Shown: positions 1 through 10,572, counted from the stretch's first letter. The stretch is DNA of 64,000 bases from a virus (IMGVR_UViG_3300044825_002608:1-64000); one strand, 5' to 3'. Made by a program: numbers and translations. Notes: generated from the letters alone by a model not told the origin.

Positions 1-44
1 GAAACTAACCTTTTGGGAATACTTGAAGTACAACAAACCTGATT

Positions 45-632
45 ATGAATCCTAATTTTCAAAAATTAACTAAAAAGCAGCAGGAAAGGTTAATTGACTA
101 TGCACGTATTGTGTATACTGATTTGAAATCCCAAAGTGAAAATTGGAAACTGTATAGGGATAACAGGCACTGTGTACGTGCAATTACGCATGGAAATTAT
201 GATAGGATACACACTCTATCAGTTCCTTCTGGGTTAATAAGTTTGGGAGCATGGGAAGCAAAGAAAAGGGATCGTAAATTTCTCCCAACAAAAGATCATT
301 GTTATAGACCTCAGTTTATGATCCAAATGTTTATGGATAAACCAGAGGTATTTTTGGTTGATTTTAACATTTTCCTGGAATATATTATCATTGCTTCTAC
401 AACTATTTTAATTACTTCAGAAGAAAATGAAAAATTGAAAAATTTTACCAAAAATAAAAATGGTAAAATTACAATCAAAGTTCCCACTGATAAAATCTAT
501 CAAGAAGCAAACATTGAACTGTTTGAATTTGCAGGAGGATCTAAATGGTGGGAAAAGGATTTGAAACCTGCTAGTAATTATTTAATTACTCCAAAAGAAT
601 ATCTTGAGTATGAAGAGGCATTTTTAGGATGA
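45..632 (+). CDS. hypothetical protein
   Basis: 195-aa ORF whose stop overlaps the start of the next gene (ATGA); no family recognised. Confidence 0.6.
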   Translation: MNPNFQKLTKKQQERLIDYARIVYTDLKSQSENWKLYRDNRHCVRAITHGNYDRIHTLSVPSGLISLGAWEAKKRDRKFLPTKDHCYRPQFMIQMFMDKPEVFLVDFNIFLEYIIIASTTILITSEENEKLKNFTKNKNGKITIKVPTDKIYQEANIELFEFAGGSKWWEKDLKPASNYLITPKEYLEYEEAFLG

Positions 633-1693
633 GTTTACTTTCTGAAAAAGATGCCATTTGGGCGGCAGATCAATTTATTGAATATTATTCCAAATTTAAC
701 CGTATTGATGATTACCTTCGATACGTTAAACAAAGTAGGATGGATAATTCTTCTGGAAAATTATTTGGACCTGAGGATGAAATTTTTTCAGACTTTCATA
801 TTCATCCAAATGATATGTCCTTTTCAATTCATGAAGTAGATACCAATCCAAAAACAACATCAAAATACAATCAAGATCTTTACTCAGAAATATTGCACGA
901 TACTGCTTCAAATCCCATTGAAGAAGCAATTCCGGGTAGAACTTTGAAATGGATCGTAACTGAAAATACTACCAATAAAATAGTTGGAGTTGTTCGTTTT
1001 GGATCTCCTACAATTAACTCAAAACCAAGAAACGATTATTTTGGTGAAGTTCTGTCACTTTCCAGAATCAATAGTGAGTTTGTGATGGGGTTTAATATTG
1101 TTCCTGTTCAACCATTTGGATATAATTATCTTGGTGGAAAACTCCTTGCTCTTTTGGCATCATCAAACGAACTGAAACGTCAATTTGATAGTAAGTATAA
1201 AATTAATCTCCAATACTTTGAAACAACTTCATTGTATGGCACGACAAAGGGAGTATCCATGTACGATGGACTCAAACCATATATTCGGCACATAGGAGAT
1301 ACTGAAAGCAATTTTCTTCCCTTGTTTCACGATAATTACTTTAAAGAAATGTTTTGGTGGTTTAATAATACTGCCAATGGAGGACAGAGACTTATTTCTG
1401 CAGACAAGTCTTCTAAAAAATTGAAAATTCAAACCAAAATGATTTCTATCATTAGGAACTCTCTTAAGGGTCATCCAAAATTAGATGAATTCAATTCATG
1501 TATTGAACATGCAAAAACTCTAACCGAAAAAAAGAGATATTATCTTTCTAAATTTGGATATGAACCAGATGAAGTTATTGAGTGGTGGAAGAAAAAAGCA
1601 TCTAAGCGATATGAAAAACTTAAAAATGAGGGACGTTTAAGGATGGAACTCGAACTATGGAAACATGGTAATGATTTGGAGATCATTCGATGA
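629..1693 (+). CDS. DUF4338 / DruA-like protein
   Basis: Motifs IVGVVRFGSP, PFGYNYLGGKLLALLA, FETTSLYG and SMYDGLKPY resemble the DUF4338 (Druantia DruA-like) family. Confidence 0.6.
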   Translation: MSLLSEKDAIWAADQFIEYYSKFNRIDDYLRYVKQSRMDNSSGKLFGPEDEIFSDFHIHPNDMSFSIHEVDTNPKTTSKYNQDLYSEILHDTASNPIEEAIPGRTLKWIVTENTTNKIVGVVRFGSPTINSKPRNDYFGEVLSLSRINSEFVMGFNIVPVQPFGYNYLGGKLLALLASSNELKRQFDSKYKINLQYFETTSLYGTTKGVSMYDGLKPYIRHIGDTESNFLPLFHDNYFKEMFWWFNNTANGGQRLISADKSSKKLKIQTKMISIIRNSLKGHPKLDEFNSCIEHAKTLTEKKRYYLSKFGYEPDEVIEWWKKKASKRYEKLKNEGRLRMELELWKHGNDLEIIR

Positions 1694-2076
1694 CTTGTGA
1701 ATTAAAAGACTGGTTAAACTCAATCAACCAAACAAAAGAGAACTTAATCGATGAAGATCCTTCACTTGAGAAGGAATATCCTCCATATATTATTAATCGT
1801 TGTTTCTCTGGTCATGTTGATTGCATTCTTTTTGCAAATGAAATGAATCGATATCATTTCCTTCCCAAAAAAATGCAATATGACTTTTTTATAAATAGTC
1901 TGAGGAAAAAGAAGAGATTTTCTCCCTGGCTCCGTCAAGATAAAATCAAAGACCTTGATTATGTCAAACGTTATTATGGATATAGTAATGAAAAGGCAAA
2001 ACAAGCTTTGAGGATTCTTACTAAAGAACAACTAACATTTATTAAATCGAAATTTGAAACTGGAGGAACAAAATGA
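1690..2076 (+). CDS. gp62: clamp loader small subunit (T4 gp62-like)
   Basis: YPPYIINRCFS...QYDFFINSLRKKKRFSPW...YYGYSNEKAKQAL; directly upstream of regA. Confidence 0.9.
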   Translation: MTCELKDWLNSINQTKENLIDEDPSLEKEYPPYIINRCFSGHVDCILFANEMNRYHFLPKKMQYDFFINSLRKKKRFSPWLRQDKIKDLDYVKRYYGYSNEKAKQALRILTKEQLTFIKSKFETGGTK

Positions 2077-2513
2077 GTGTCGTTCAAGAACCTGAAGTGA
2101 AGTGGACGCCCGACCAAATGGTTGAGGTTATTCTTAATGAACCCGATGACTTTTTGAAAGTTCGTGAAACTTTGACTCGTATCGGAGTTGCTTCAAGAAA
2201 GGAAAAGAAAATCTATCAGTCTTGTCATATTCTTCACAAGCAAGGTAGATATTACCTCGTTCACTTTAAGGAACTGTTTGCTCTTGATGGCAAACACGCT
2301 AACCTAACTGTGAATGATGTTCAGCGTCGTAATCGTATTGCCCAACTTCTTGCAGATTGGGGACTGATTACAATTGTTGATGTAAAAAAAATTCAGGATA
2401 TTGCTCCACTTAATCAAATCAAAGTCCTTGCATATAAAGATAAGGGCGATTGGATTCTAGAAACCAAATACAATATTGGTTCTAAAAAGAAAAGAGGTGA
2501 GGAAACCGAATGA
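2073..2513 (+). CDS. regA: translational repressor RegA
   Basis: DDFLKVRETLTRIG...QSCHILHKQGRYYLVHFKELFALDG signature. Confidence 0.95.
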   Translation: MSVVQEPEVKWTPDQMVEVILNEPDDFLKVRETLTRIGVASRKEKKIYQSCHILHKQGRYYLVHFKELFALDGKHANLTVNDVQRRNRIAQLLADWGLITIVDVKKIQDIAPLNQIKVLAYKDKGDWILETKYNIGSKKKRGEETE

Positions 2514-2564
2514 AAATGGGCGGGTTTTACACCTGCCTTTTTTTATGGAAGTTGTATAATTATA

Positions 2565-2621
2565 TGTGGATGCCGAAAAGGGTCCACACAATCAAAACTC
2601 GCTTTTAAAGGAGATGCTATA
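2565..2621 (+). promoter_or_regulatory. structured 5' leader of hsp20 with a ROSE-like RBS-sequestering hairpin
   Basis: Hairpin TGTGGAT..GTCCACA (2565-2588); UCGCU (2599-2603) can pair with SD AGGA(G) (2609-2613) leaving a bulged G; TATAAT at 2555-2560. Confidence 0.55.
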
Positions 2622-3062
2622 ATGCCTAACCTTACAACTTCTAGGTTTACATCTGCGGATATTCCTACTTTGATGGAAAAAATCGCTCGCAATAGTATTG
2701 GAATGGACGAATATTTTGATCGTCTATTGAATCTTCATGAAACCACTTCTAACTATCCACCATATAATCTTGTTCAACTAAGTAATGTAGAATCACGATT
2801 AGAGATTGCACTTGCTGGATTCAAAAAGGAGGAAGTACATGTATACACAGAGTATGGAAAACTTTTTATCGAAGGACAAAAGGAGGACAGGGAGTCTGAT
2901 ACCCACTACGTCCATAAGGGATTGGCTCAACGATCTTTCAAGAGAGCATGGACACTATCTGATGACACGGAAGTCAGGGAGGTCTTATTTGAGGATGGAC
3001 TGTTAACTATTAAACTTGGTAAGATTGTTCCAGATCACCATACAAGAAAGGATTATCTCTAA
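2622..3062 (+). CDS. hsp20: small heat shock protein Hsp20
   Basis: NYPPYNL...LEIALAGF...HKGLAQRSFKRAWTL...FEDGLLTIKL alpha-crystallin domain. Confidence 0.95.
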   Translation: MPNLTTSRFTSADIPTLMEKIARNSIGMDEYFDRLLNLHETTSNYPPYNLVQLSNVESRLEIALAGFKKEEVHVYTEYGKLFIEGQKEDRESDTHYVHKGLAQRSFKRAWTLSDDTEVREVLFEDGLLTIKLGKIVPDHHTRKDYL

Positions 3063-3081
3063 ATAAAATAAAAAGTCAAAA

Positions 3082-3246
3082 ATGAAGACTTATTCAGAGT
3101 TTATTAAAGTTATTCAAGAAAAAATTGGTGACTTTGGTGCTACACCAAAATATAAAAAACCAAAAGAAAATTGTTATGGAAGAAAACAATATTATGCAAT
3201 GCTTGATAAAGAAGTTTGTGCTTTTAAGAGAAAAAGAGAAGAATAA
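3082..3246 (+). CDS. small protein with T4 capsid-targeting-like N-terminus
   Basis: 54-aa ORF read by eye (MKTYSEFIKVIQEKIGDFG...), absent from the ORF track; CTAAATA just upstream. Confidence 0.55.
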   Translation: MKTYSEFIKVIQEKIGDFGATPKYKKPKENCYGRKQYYAMLDKEVCAFKRKREE

Positions 3247-3293
3247 ATAACTCTGAATATCGTCGGCGTAGGGAGGTGACTGGCAAAAACCAG

Positions 3294-3322
3294 TTGACAC
3301 CTCCCATTTTTCTTGGTATAAT
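3294..3322 (+). promoter_or_regulatory. sigma70-like early promoter overlapping a terminator hairpin
   Basis: TTGACA-17bp-TATAAT; the -35 lies in the 3' arm of GGGAGGTG...CACCTCCC followed by a T-run. Confidence 0.7.
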
Positions 3323-3344
3323 ACCTGGAGAAATAATGTGAAAA

Positions 3345-3680
3345 ATGTCTATTAAATTAGCACTACTCAAATCTGGTGAAACAATTATTTCTGATGCTAA
3401 GGAATTGTTTACCGGAGAAGATGAATTTCGTGGATATTTATTTACGAAACCTCATAAGGTAGAGGTTAGAAAAACAATGCTTTTGGTCGAAGAAACTGAA
3501 AATCCAAAAGGCGATTTAGAAGTGTCTTTGTCTCCTTGGATTATTTTAACCAGTGACGATCAAATTTTAGTTCCACCTGATTGGGTTGTTACTCTTGTGC
3601 AACCAATCAAAAACATTAAAGAAATGTATGAGGAGAAAGTAAATGCAGAAAACAGTCAAGTGTCTTTTACTGAAAGTTGA
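3345..3680 (+). CDS. hypothetical protein (cyanophage type, upstream of gp43)
   Basis: 111-aa ORF with GGAG RBS; MSIKLALLKSGETIIS. Confidence 0.75.
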   Translation: MSIKLALLKSGETIISDAKELFTGEDEFRGYLFTKPHKVEVRKTMLLVEETENPKGDLEVSLSPWIILTSDDQILVPPDWVVTLVQPIKNIKEMYEEKVNAENSQVSFTES

Positions 3681-3897
3681 TAACGTAATTATCACTGAAA
3701 TAGATGAAGTTGGTTCTGAACTTGGTGAACCTGATTGTAAACTTACTAACCCATATAGGATAGATGTTGATGGTAATCTAACACCATGGCCTGATGTTAC
3801 AGATCAACGAGAACTGATGATTCACTCTGATAGTATTTTGACTATTGTGGATCCTAAACCTGAAATTATTGAAAAGTATCTAGAACTAACTGCCTAA
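3643..3897 (+). CDS. hypothetical protein (cyanophage type, upstream of gp43)
   Basis: 84-aa ORF (ELGEPDCKLTNPY) abutting the gp43 start. Confidence 0.7.
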   Translation: MQKTVKCLLLKVDNVIITEIDEVGSELGEPDCKLTNPYRIDVDGNLTPWPDVTDQRELMIHSDSILTIVDPKPEIIEKYLELTA

Positions 3898-6398
3898 TGA
3901 GATTTTATACTAACGTCCAAATGGTCGGGGATCACTTCTTGGTCCGTGGTTATGAAAATGGTAAACATTTTATGACCCGTGAGAAGTTTTACCCGACTCT
4001 TTTTGTCCCTTCTAATAAAAAAACAAAATATCAAACTCTAACTGGGGAGTATGTTGAGTCAGTTCAACCTGGACCTGTTAGAGATTGTCGAGAGTTTATT
4101 AAAAAATATGAGAGCGTAGACAATTTTAAGATTTATGGAAACACTGGATACATTTATCAGTATATTTCTGATATGTATCCGGAAGAAGAAATTAAGTTCG
4201 ATATTAATAAAATTAAATTGACAACCCTTGACATTGAGGTTGCATCTGAGAATGGATTCCCCGATGTAGAATCTGCAGCGGAAGAAGTGCTTTTGATTAC
4301 AATTCAGGATTATTCTTCAAAACAAATTCGCACCTGGGGTCTTGGTCCATTCCAAAATAAACAACAGAATGTTATCTATAAGTCTTTTTCAAGTGAAAGA
4401 GATTTGTTGATGGATTTTATTAATTGGTGGATGGTTGAAGATAATACTCCGGAAGTCGTGACTGGTTGGAATATTGAACTATATGATATTCCATATCTTG
4501 TTCGTCGCCTTGATCGTATTCTTGGTGAAAAACTGATGAAACGCATGTCTCCTTGGGGACTAGTTACGGAGAGTGAGATTTATATCTCTGGTCGTAAGCA
4601 TATTTCTTATGATGTTGGTGGTATTACTCAACTTGACTACATCAATCTTTACAAGAAGTTTACTTATAAAGCACAGGAATCTTATCGTCTAGATTACATT
4701 GCTGAGGTTGAACTTGGACAGAAAAAACTTGATCACTCTGAATTCGATACTTTTAAGGATTTCTATACCAAAGGTTGGCAAAAGTTTGTAGAGTATAACA
4801 TCGTTGACGTAGAACTTGTTGACCGCTTGGAAGATAAGATGAAACTGATTGAACTTGCAATTACAATGGCATATGATGCTAAAGCAAATTATGCTGATGT
4901 ATTTTCTCAAGTTCGTATGTGGGACACTATTATATACAATTATCTTAAGAAAAGGAATATTGTTATTCCACCAAAAGAAAAGTCTGATAAAGACTCTAAG
5001 TATGCTGGTGCTTATGTAAAAGAACCAATTCCAGGTAAGTATGATTGGGTTGTGAGTTTTGACTTGAACTCACTTTATCCTCACCTAATTATGCAATACA
5101 ACATTTCACCAGAAACTCTTCTGGATGAGCGACATCCAACTGTAACTGTTGATAAGATTCTGAATCAACAAATTACGTTTGAGTTGTACAAGGACAAAGC
5201 AGTTTGTGCGAACGGTGCAATGTTTCGCAAAGATGTTCGTGGGTTTCTTCCTGAACTGATGGAAAAGATCTACAAAGATCGTACAATTTATAAAAAGAAA
5301 ATGCTTGCGGCAAAACAGGAGTATGAAAAGAAAAAGACGAAAGAGTTGGAAAAGGAGATTGCTAGGTGTAACAACATCCAAATGGCGAGGAAAATTCAAC
5401 TTAATTCTGCTTATGGTGCTATCGGCAATCAGTATTTCCGTTATTACAAACTAGCAAACGCTGAGGCAATCACCTTGTCTGGTCAGGTTTCTATCCGTTG
5501 GATTGAAAACAAGATGAATGCTTATTTGAACAAAATTCTTAAAACAAGTGAGGTTGATTATGTCATTGCTTCTGATACTGATTCTATCTATCTCAATATG
5601 GGTCCTTTGGTCGAAAGTATATACAAAGGAAGAGAAAAAACTACTGAAAGCGTTGTCAACTTCCTTGATAAGGTCTGTAAGGTGGAACTTGAAAAATATA
5701 TTGAAAGTTGCTACCAAGAATTGGCGGACTATGTAAATGCTTATGAGCAGAAAATGCAGATGAAACGTGAAAATATCGCAGAACGTGGAATCTGGACTGC
5801 CAAAAAGCGTTACATTCTGAATGTTTGGGATAGTGAAGGTGTTCGTTATGAGGAACCTAAACTAAAGATGATGGGCATTGAGGCAGTGAAATCTTCTACT
5901 CCAGCTCCTTGTCGTAAAATGATTAAGGATGGATTGAAATTGATGATGAGTGGTACTGAAGATGATGTAATTAAATTCATTGATGAGTGCCGTTCTGATT
6001 TTAAAAAACTTCCTCCAGAGCAGATTGCCTTTCCAAGAACTGCTTCTGATGTGAAAAAATACTATTCTTCTTCAAGTATTTACGCACATAAAACTCCTAT
6101 TCACATTCGTGGAGCTCTTTTATTCAATCACTATATTAAGGAGAAAAAATTGACCAATAAATATTCTCTTATTAATAATGGGGAGAAGGTTAAATATATT
6201 TTTCTCAAAAAACCAAATATAATTCAAGAAAATGTAATTTCATTTATCCAAGATTTTCCTAAAGAACTTGGTCTTGACAAATACATTGACTATGAATTAC
6301 AATTTGAAAAAAGTTTTATTGACCCACTTAAATCTATTCTTGATGCAATTGGTTGGTCTGTAGAAAAAACTGTTAGTTTAGAATCATTTTTTGCCTAA
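3897..6398 (+). CDS. gp43: family B DNA polymerase (T4 gp43-like)
   Basis: Exo motif LDIEV; SFDLNSLYPH, KIQLNSAYG, ASDTDS, KKRY. Confidence 0.98.
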   Translation: MRFYTNVQMVGDHFLVRGYENGKHFMTREKFYPTLFVPSNKKTKYQTLTGEYVESVQPGPVRDCREFIKKYESVDNFKIYGNTGYIYQYISDMYPEEEIKFDINKIKLTTLDIEVASENGFPDVESAAEEVLLITIQDYSSKQIRTWGLGPFQNKQQNVIYKSFSSERDLLMDFINWWMVEDNTPEVVTGWNIELYDIPYLVRRLDRILGEKLMKRMSPWGLVTESEIYISGRKHISYDVGGITQLDYINLYKKFTYKAQESYRLDYIAEVELGQKKLDHSEFDTFKDFYTKGWQKFVEYNIVDVELVDRLEDKMKLIELAITMAYDAKANYADVFSQVRMWDTIIYNYLKKRNIVIPPKEKSDKDSKYAGAYVKEPIPGKYDWVVSFDLNSLYPHLIMQYNISPETLLDERHPTVTVDKILNQQITFELYKDKAVCANGAMFRKDVRGFLPELMEKIYKDRTIYKKKMLAAKQEYEKKKTKELEKEIARCNNIQMARKIQLNSAYGAIGNQYFRYYKLANAEAITLSGQVSIRWIENKMNAYLNKILKTSEVDYVIASDTDSIYLNMGPLVESIYKGREKTTESVVNFLDKVCKVELEKYIESCYQELADYVNAYEQKMQMKRENIAERGIWTAKKRYILNVWDSEGVRYEEPKLKMMGIEAVKSSTPAPCRKMIKDGLKLMMSGTEDDVIKFIDECRSDFKKLPPEQIAFPRTASDVKKYYSSSSIYAHKTPIHIRGALLFNHYIKEKKLTNKYSLINNGEKVKYIFLKKPNIIQENVISFIQDFPKELGLDKYIDYELQFEKSFIDPLKSILDAIGWSVEKTVSLESFFA

Positions 6399-6538
6399 TG
6401 GAATTACCAATTAACGAAAAGGAACTGAATACTATTATTAATGCCATGCGTCTTGGTGGAGACACTGCACTCTATCAAAAACTGTGGAGTTTTAAAATCA
6501 ATTATATGGATAATCAAAAGAAAGAGGAGAACAAGTGA
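6398..6538 (+). CDS. small hypothetical protein
   Basis: 46-aa [33 protein letters not shown]..., overlapping the gp43 stop and the uvsX start. Confidence 0.6.
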   Translation: MELPINEKELNTIINAMRLGGDTALYQKLWSFKINYMDNQKKEENK

Positions 6539-7539
6539 TGGATTTTCTTAAAGATATTGTAAAGGAAATTGGCGGTGAGTATACACAACTTGCTTCTGAT
6601 ATTGATGAAACTGAAAAGTATGTTGACACTGGTTCTTACATCTTTAATGCACTGGTTTCAGGTAGTATTTTTGGTGGTGTGTCTGGGAATAAGATTACTG
6701 CTATTGCTGGAGAGTCTTCTACTGGAAAGACTTTCTTCTCTATCGCTGTGGTTAAGAATTTTCTTGATACTAATCCCGATGCTTACTGTCTCTACTTTGA
6801 TACTGAGGCTGCTATCACTAAGTCTCTTTTAGAATCCCGTGGCATTGATACGTCACGTCTTGTAGTTGTAAATGTTGTTACAGTAGAAGAATTTCGTAGC
6901 AAGGCACTTAAGGCAGTTGATATTTACCTAAAGAAACCTTTAGAAGATCGTAAACCTTGCATGTTTGTGCTAGACTCTTTGGGTATGCTTTCAACAGATA
7001 AGGAAATTACCGATGCACTCAATGACAAACAAGTTCGTGACATGACAAAATCACAACTTATTAAGGGTGCGTTCCGTATGCTTACTTTGAAATTGGGGCA
7101 AGCAAATATTCCAATGATTGTTACCAATCATACTTACGACGTTATTGGTTCTTATGTTCCTACTAAGGAGATGGGTGGTGGTAGTGGTCTTAAGTATGCC
7201 GCTTCTACTATCATATATCTCAGTAAAAAGAAAGAAAAGGATGGAACGGAAGTCGTTGGAAATATTATCAAGGCAAAGACTGCTAAGTCGCGTCTGAGTA
7301 GAGAAAATAAAGATGTGGAAGTTCGTCTATTTTATGATGAGCGTGGACTTGATCGGTATTATGGTCTACTAGAACTTGGTGAAATTGGTGGTCTTTGGAA
7401 GAATGTTGCCGGTCGTTATGAAATGGATGGTAAAAAAATCTACGCCAAACAAATTCTGGCAAATCCCGAAGAATACTTTACTGAAGAAGTAATGCAAAAA
7501 CTTGATTCTATTGCTAAAGAAGAATTCAGTTATGGATGA
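6538..7539 (+). CDS. uvsX: RecA-like recombinase UvsX
   Basis: Walker [31 protein letters not shown]. Confidence 0.95.
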   Translation: MDFLKDIVKEIGGEYTQLASDIDETEKYVDTGSYIFNALVSGSIFGGVSGNKITAIAGESSTGKTFFSIAVVKNFLDTNPDAYCLYFDTEAAITKSLLESRGIDTSRLVVVNVVTVEEFRSKALKAVDIYLKKPLEDRKPCMFVLDSLGMLSTDKEITDALNDKQVRDMTKSQLIKGAFRMLTLKLGQANIPMIVTNHTYDVIGSYVPTKEMGGGSGLKYAASTIIYLSKKKEKDGTEVVGNIIKAKTAKSRLSRENKDVEVRLFYDERGLDRYYGLLELGEIGGLWKNVAGRYEMDGKKIYAKQILANPEEYFTEEVMQKLDSIAKEEFSYG

Positions 7540-8089
7540 ACTAAATGATTTTATTCACATCTATGAAAATGCTCTCGAATCTGATATTTGTGACTTTTTG
7601 ATTTCTCTATTTGAGCAAGTAACTGATAAACATGAACGTTACGATAATAATGGTAAACCAAATTTTACTCAGTTTAACCTCACTCAACATAGAGAACTAT
7701 CCCCTGAAGTAAGTCAAATTCACAATCACATCATTAAAAAAATACTCGAATATAAAAATAAGTATTATGAATTTATTGACGATCGAGTATTTCCTAAAGA
7801 ACATGCATTTGAACAATTTAGGATTAAAAGGTATAATCCTGGAGGTGAAGATTGGTTCAATACACATGTCGATGTAGTTGATCATGAAACTTCTAGGAGG
7901 TTTTTATCTTTTATGTGGTATTTAAATGATGTTAAAGAAGGTGGAAACACGGTCTTTAAAGATTTAACTATTTCTCCTAAAAAAGGAACACTGATTATGT
8001 TTCCCCCACTTTGGATGTATCCTCATCGTGGGGATCCTCCTATCAGTGAACCAAAGTATATTATGAGTGCCTATTTGCATTATAAGTAA
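7532..8089 (+). CDS. 2OG-Fe(II) oxygenase
   Basis: HVD...WYLNDV..GG.T.F...PKKG...FPP.W.YPH...KYI (HxD..H triad). Confidence 0.9.
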   Translation: MDELNDFIHIYENALESDICDFLISLFEQVTDKHERYDNNGKPNFTQFNLTQHRELSPEVSQIHNHIIKKILEYKNKYYEFIDDRVFPKEHAFEQFRIKRYNPGGEDWFNTHVDVVDHETSRRFLSFMWYLNDVKEGGNTVFKDLTISPKKGTLIMFPPLWMYPHRGDPPISEPKYIMSAYLHYK

Positions 8090-9468
8090 TGGAAAGACTT
8101 GAACTAACAATTTTACGCAATTTAGTTTTCAATGAAAATTATTCAAGGAAAGTTATACCTTTCATACAACCAGATTATTTTGAGCAACGCACGGAGAAAA
8201 TCGTATTTGAAGAAATTGTTAAGTTCATTGTTAAGTATGGTTCGTCAATAACAACTGAAGCACTTAATATTGAGGTAGAAAACAGAACTGATATTAATGA
8301 AAGTGAAATCAAAGAAGTTCGTGATTTAGTTTCTAAGTTTAATGATTCTGCTGTAGAGTCTCAATGGTTACTTGATACTACTGAAAAATGGTGTCGTGAC
8401 AGGGCAATTTATCTTGCCTTAATGGAATCCATTCATATTGCTGATGGTAAGAATGAAAAGAAGAATAGAGATGCAATCCCTAGTATTCTTTCTGATGCTC
8501 TAGCAGTATCATTTGATAACAATATCGGACACGATTATCTTCAAAATTATGAAGAGCGATATGAGTTTTATCATCGTAAGGAAGATAAAATCGAATTTGA
8601 TTTGGAATATTTCAACAAAATCACAAAAGGTGGTATTCCTAATAAGACTCTCAATATTGCTCTTGCTGGTACGGGTGTTGGAAAATCGCTATTCATGTGT
8701 CATGTGGCTAGTTCCGTCCTGTTACAGGGTAGGAATGTTCTCTACATCACTCTTGAGATGGCAGAGGAACGAATTGCTGAAAGGATTGATGCCAATCTGC
8801 TTAACGTCCCGATTCAACAATTGGTAGAACTTCCTCGCCAAATGTTTGAAAATAAAGTAACCAATCTAGCAAAGAAAACACAAGGAACTCTTATAATTAA
8901 AGAATATCCAACTGCTTCTGCTCATAGTGGACATTTTAAAGCACTTCTTAATGAACTTTCACTTAAGAAGTCATTTAGACCTGATATTATCTTCATTGAT
9001 TACCTTAATATTTGTGCTTCCTCTAGGTATAAGTCGAACTTCTCTGTCAATTCTTATAGTTATATTAAAGCAATTGCAGAAGAACTTCGGGGACTCGCCG
9101 TCGAGTTTAATGTCCCGATTGTCTCCGCTACTCAAACCACCCGCAGTGGTTATGGTAATTCTGATGTTGAACTTACTGATACTAGCGAGTCCTTTGGTCT
9201 CCCTGCTACTGCTGATTTTATGTTTGCCCTTATTAGCACAGAAGAGTTGGAACAACTTGGGCAGATTATGGTAAAACAATTGAAGAACCGTTATAATGAC
9301 CCAACAGTCTATAAACGTTTTATTGTTGGTATTGACCGTGCCAAAATGAGACTTTATGACTGTGAGCAGACTGCCCAAAAAGACATACTTGACAGTGGGC
9401 AGGATGATGAGTATAATGATTACGAAGACAAAAAACCCAAAAAGTCGTTTGAAGGATTTAAATTTTAA
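8089..9468 (+). CDS. gp41: replicative helicase (T4 gp41-like)
   Basis: AGTGVGKS, ITLEMAEERI, FIDYLNIC, SATQTTRSG, KQLKNRY. Confidence 0.97.
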   Translation: MERLELTILRNLVFNENYSRKVIPFIQPDYFEQRTEKIVFEEIVKFIVKYGSSITTEALNIEVENRTDINESEIKEVRDLVSKFNDSAVESQWLLDTTEKWCRDRAIYLALMESIHIADGKNEKKNRDAIPSILSDALAVSFDNNIGHDYLQNYEERYEFYHRKEDKIEFDLEYFNKITKGGIPNKTLNIALAGTGVGKSLFMCHVASSVLLQGRNVLYITLEMAEERIAERIDANLLNVPIQQLVELPRQMFENKVTNLAKKTQGTLIIKEYPTASAHSGHFKALLNELSLKKSFRPDIIFIDYLNICASSRYKSNFSVNSYSYIKAIAEELRGLAVEFNVPIVSATQTTRSGYGNSDVELTDTSESFGLPATADFMFALISTEELEQLGQIMVKQLKNRYNDPTVYKRFIVGIDRAKMRLYDCEQTAQKDILDSGQDDEYNDYEDKKPKKSFEGFKF

Positions 9469-9884
9469 TGGAAACTGCAAAACACGTTGATTTTGATAAG
9501 TACGCTGAATTTGTTGACGCTGTAACTTCTGATGCGTCAAAAGATTTTCTTGCTCTTTCTGATCGTCTGGTTCAACTTGATGAGAAAGGTGCAAATATTG
9601 AGCGTCTTCTAACTGCCGCTGTTGGTATTAATGCTGAGGGTGGTGAGTTTATGGAAATCGTGAAGAAAATGGTTTTTCAAGGTAAACCATACAACGAAGA
9701 TAATCGTGAGCACTTGATTATCGAACTTGGTGATATTATGTGGTATGTTGCTCAAGCATGTATGGCACTTGAAGTTTCAATTGATGATGTAGTTGCTCGT
9801 AATGTACAAAAACTTCTGAAGCGTTATCCTGAAGGTGCTTTTGATGTTTATTTCTCTGAAAACCGTGCTGCTGACGACCGATGA
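9468..9884 (+). CDS. mazG: MazG-like NTP pyrophosphohydrolase
   Basis: AEGGEFMEIVKK...ELGDIMWY...NVQKLLKRYP. Confidence 0.92.
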   Translation: METAKHVDFDKYAEFVDAVTSDASKDFLALSDRLVQLDEKGANIERLLTAAVGINAEGGEFMEIVKKMVFQGKPYNEDNREHLIIELGDIMWYVAQACMALEVSIDDVVARNVQKLLKRYPEGAFDVYFSENRAADDR

Positions 9885-10066
9885 CTAAAGAAAAAAAAGT
9901 AACGATTAAAATGGATGCACGTTGTGCTGCTGCAGTCCGTCAAGTTCTATTTGAAGCACAGCGAGGATACACATATAATGAAATGAGTGTTCCTCCTCGT
10001 ATTACTGATATTCGTACAGTTATTAAAGATATTGACGATAGTATTGGTGCTGTTCTTGGAGCATAA
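9881..10066 (+). CDS. hypothetical protein
   Basis: 61-aa ORF coupled to the mazG stop (ATGA). Confidence 0.6.
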   Translation: MTKEKKVTIKMDARCAAAVRQVLFEAQRGYTYNEMSVPPRITDIRTVIKDIDDSIGAVLGA

Positions 10067-10081
10067 TAAATACTTGAAAAA

Positions 10082-10486
10082 ATGTCTTTGATTGGAAAAA
10101 GAAGAGGAAGACCAACTACAAAAATTTATTTTGAGTCCATTCTCAAAAGATTTGTAATCTTCCTTAAGCGGGAACTTCAACTCACTTATGATATTCCAGT
10201 TGTTTTGATTGATGATACTGACTTTGCTAAAAGAATAGCAGCGTTCGGTGAAATTTCTGATAGGAATGTTATTCAACTCAGTATCATCAATCGCCATCCA
10301 ATGGATATATTCAGAACACTCGCACATGAGTTTGTTCATTATAAACAGCATGTTGAAAAAGGTTCCAGAGGAAGTAATAAACCTGGAAGCATTACTGAAA
10401 ATCAGGCAAATGCAAAAGCAGGCGAAATTATGAGAAAATATGGATCCTTACATCCAGAATTATTTGACTTAATGCCAATTAGGTGA
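10082..10486 (+). CDS. putative zinc metallopeptidase-like protein
   Basis: RTLAHEFVHYKQ (HExxH) plus downstream ENQANA. Confidence 0.6.
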   Translation: MSLIGKRRGRPTTKIYFESILKRFVIFLKRELQLTYDIPVVLIDDTDFAKRIAAFGEISDRNVIQLSIINRHPMDIFRTLAHEFVHYKQHVEKGSRGSNKPGSITENQANAKAGEIMRKYGSLHPELFDLMPIR

Positions 10487-10501
10487 TATAATTCTTTTCT
10501 T

Positions 10502-10572
10502 GGGGAATTAGTTAAACGGTATAACGGGTGCTTTGCAAGCACTTATTAGGAGTTCGATTCTCCTATTCTCCA
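10502..10572 (+). tRNA. tRNA-Ala(TGC)
   Basis: Acceptor GGGGAAT/ATTCTCC with G3:U70; anticodon loop TTTGCAA; GTTCGATTC T-arm. Confidence 0.9.

Noticed and set aside
8971-9594. 207-aa minus-strand ORF
   Set aside because: Antisense to the conserved gp41 and mazG genes, with no recognisable motif.
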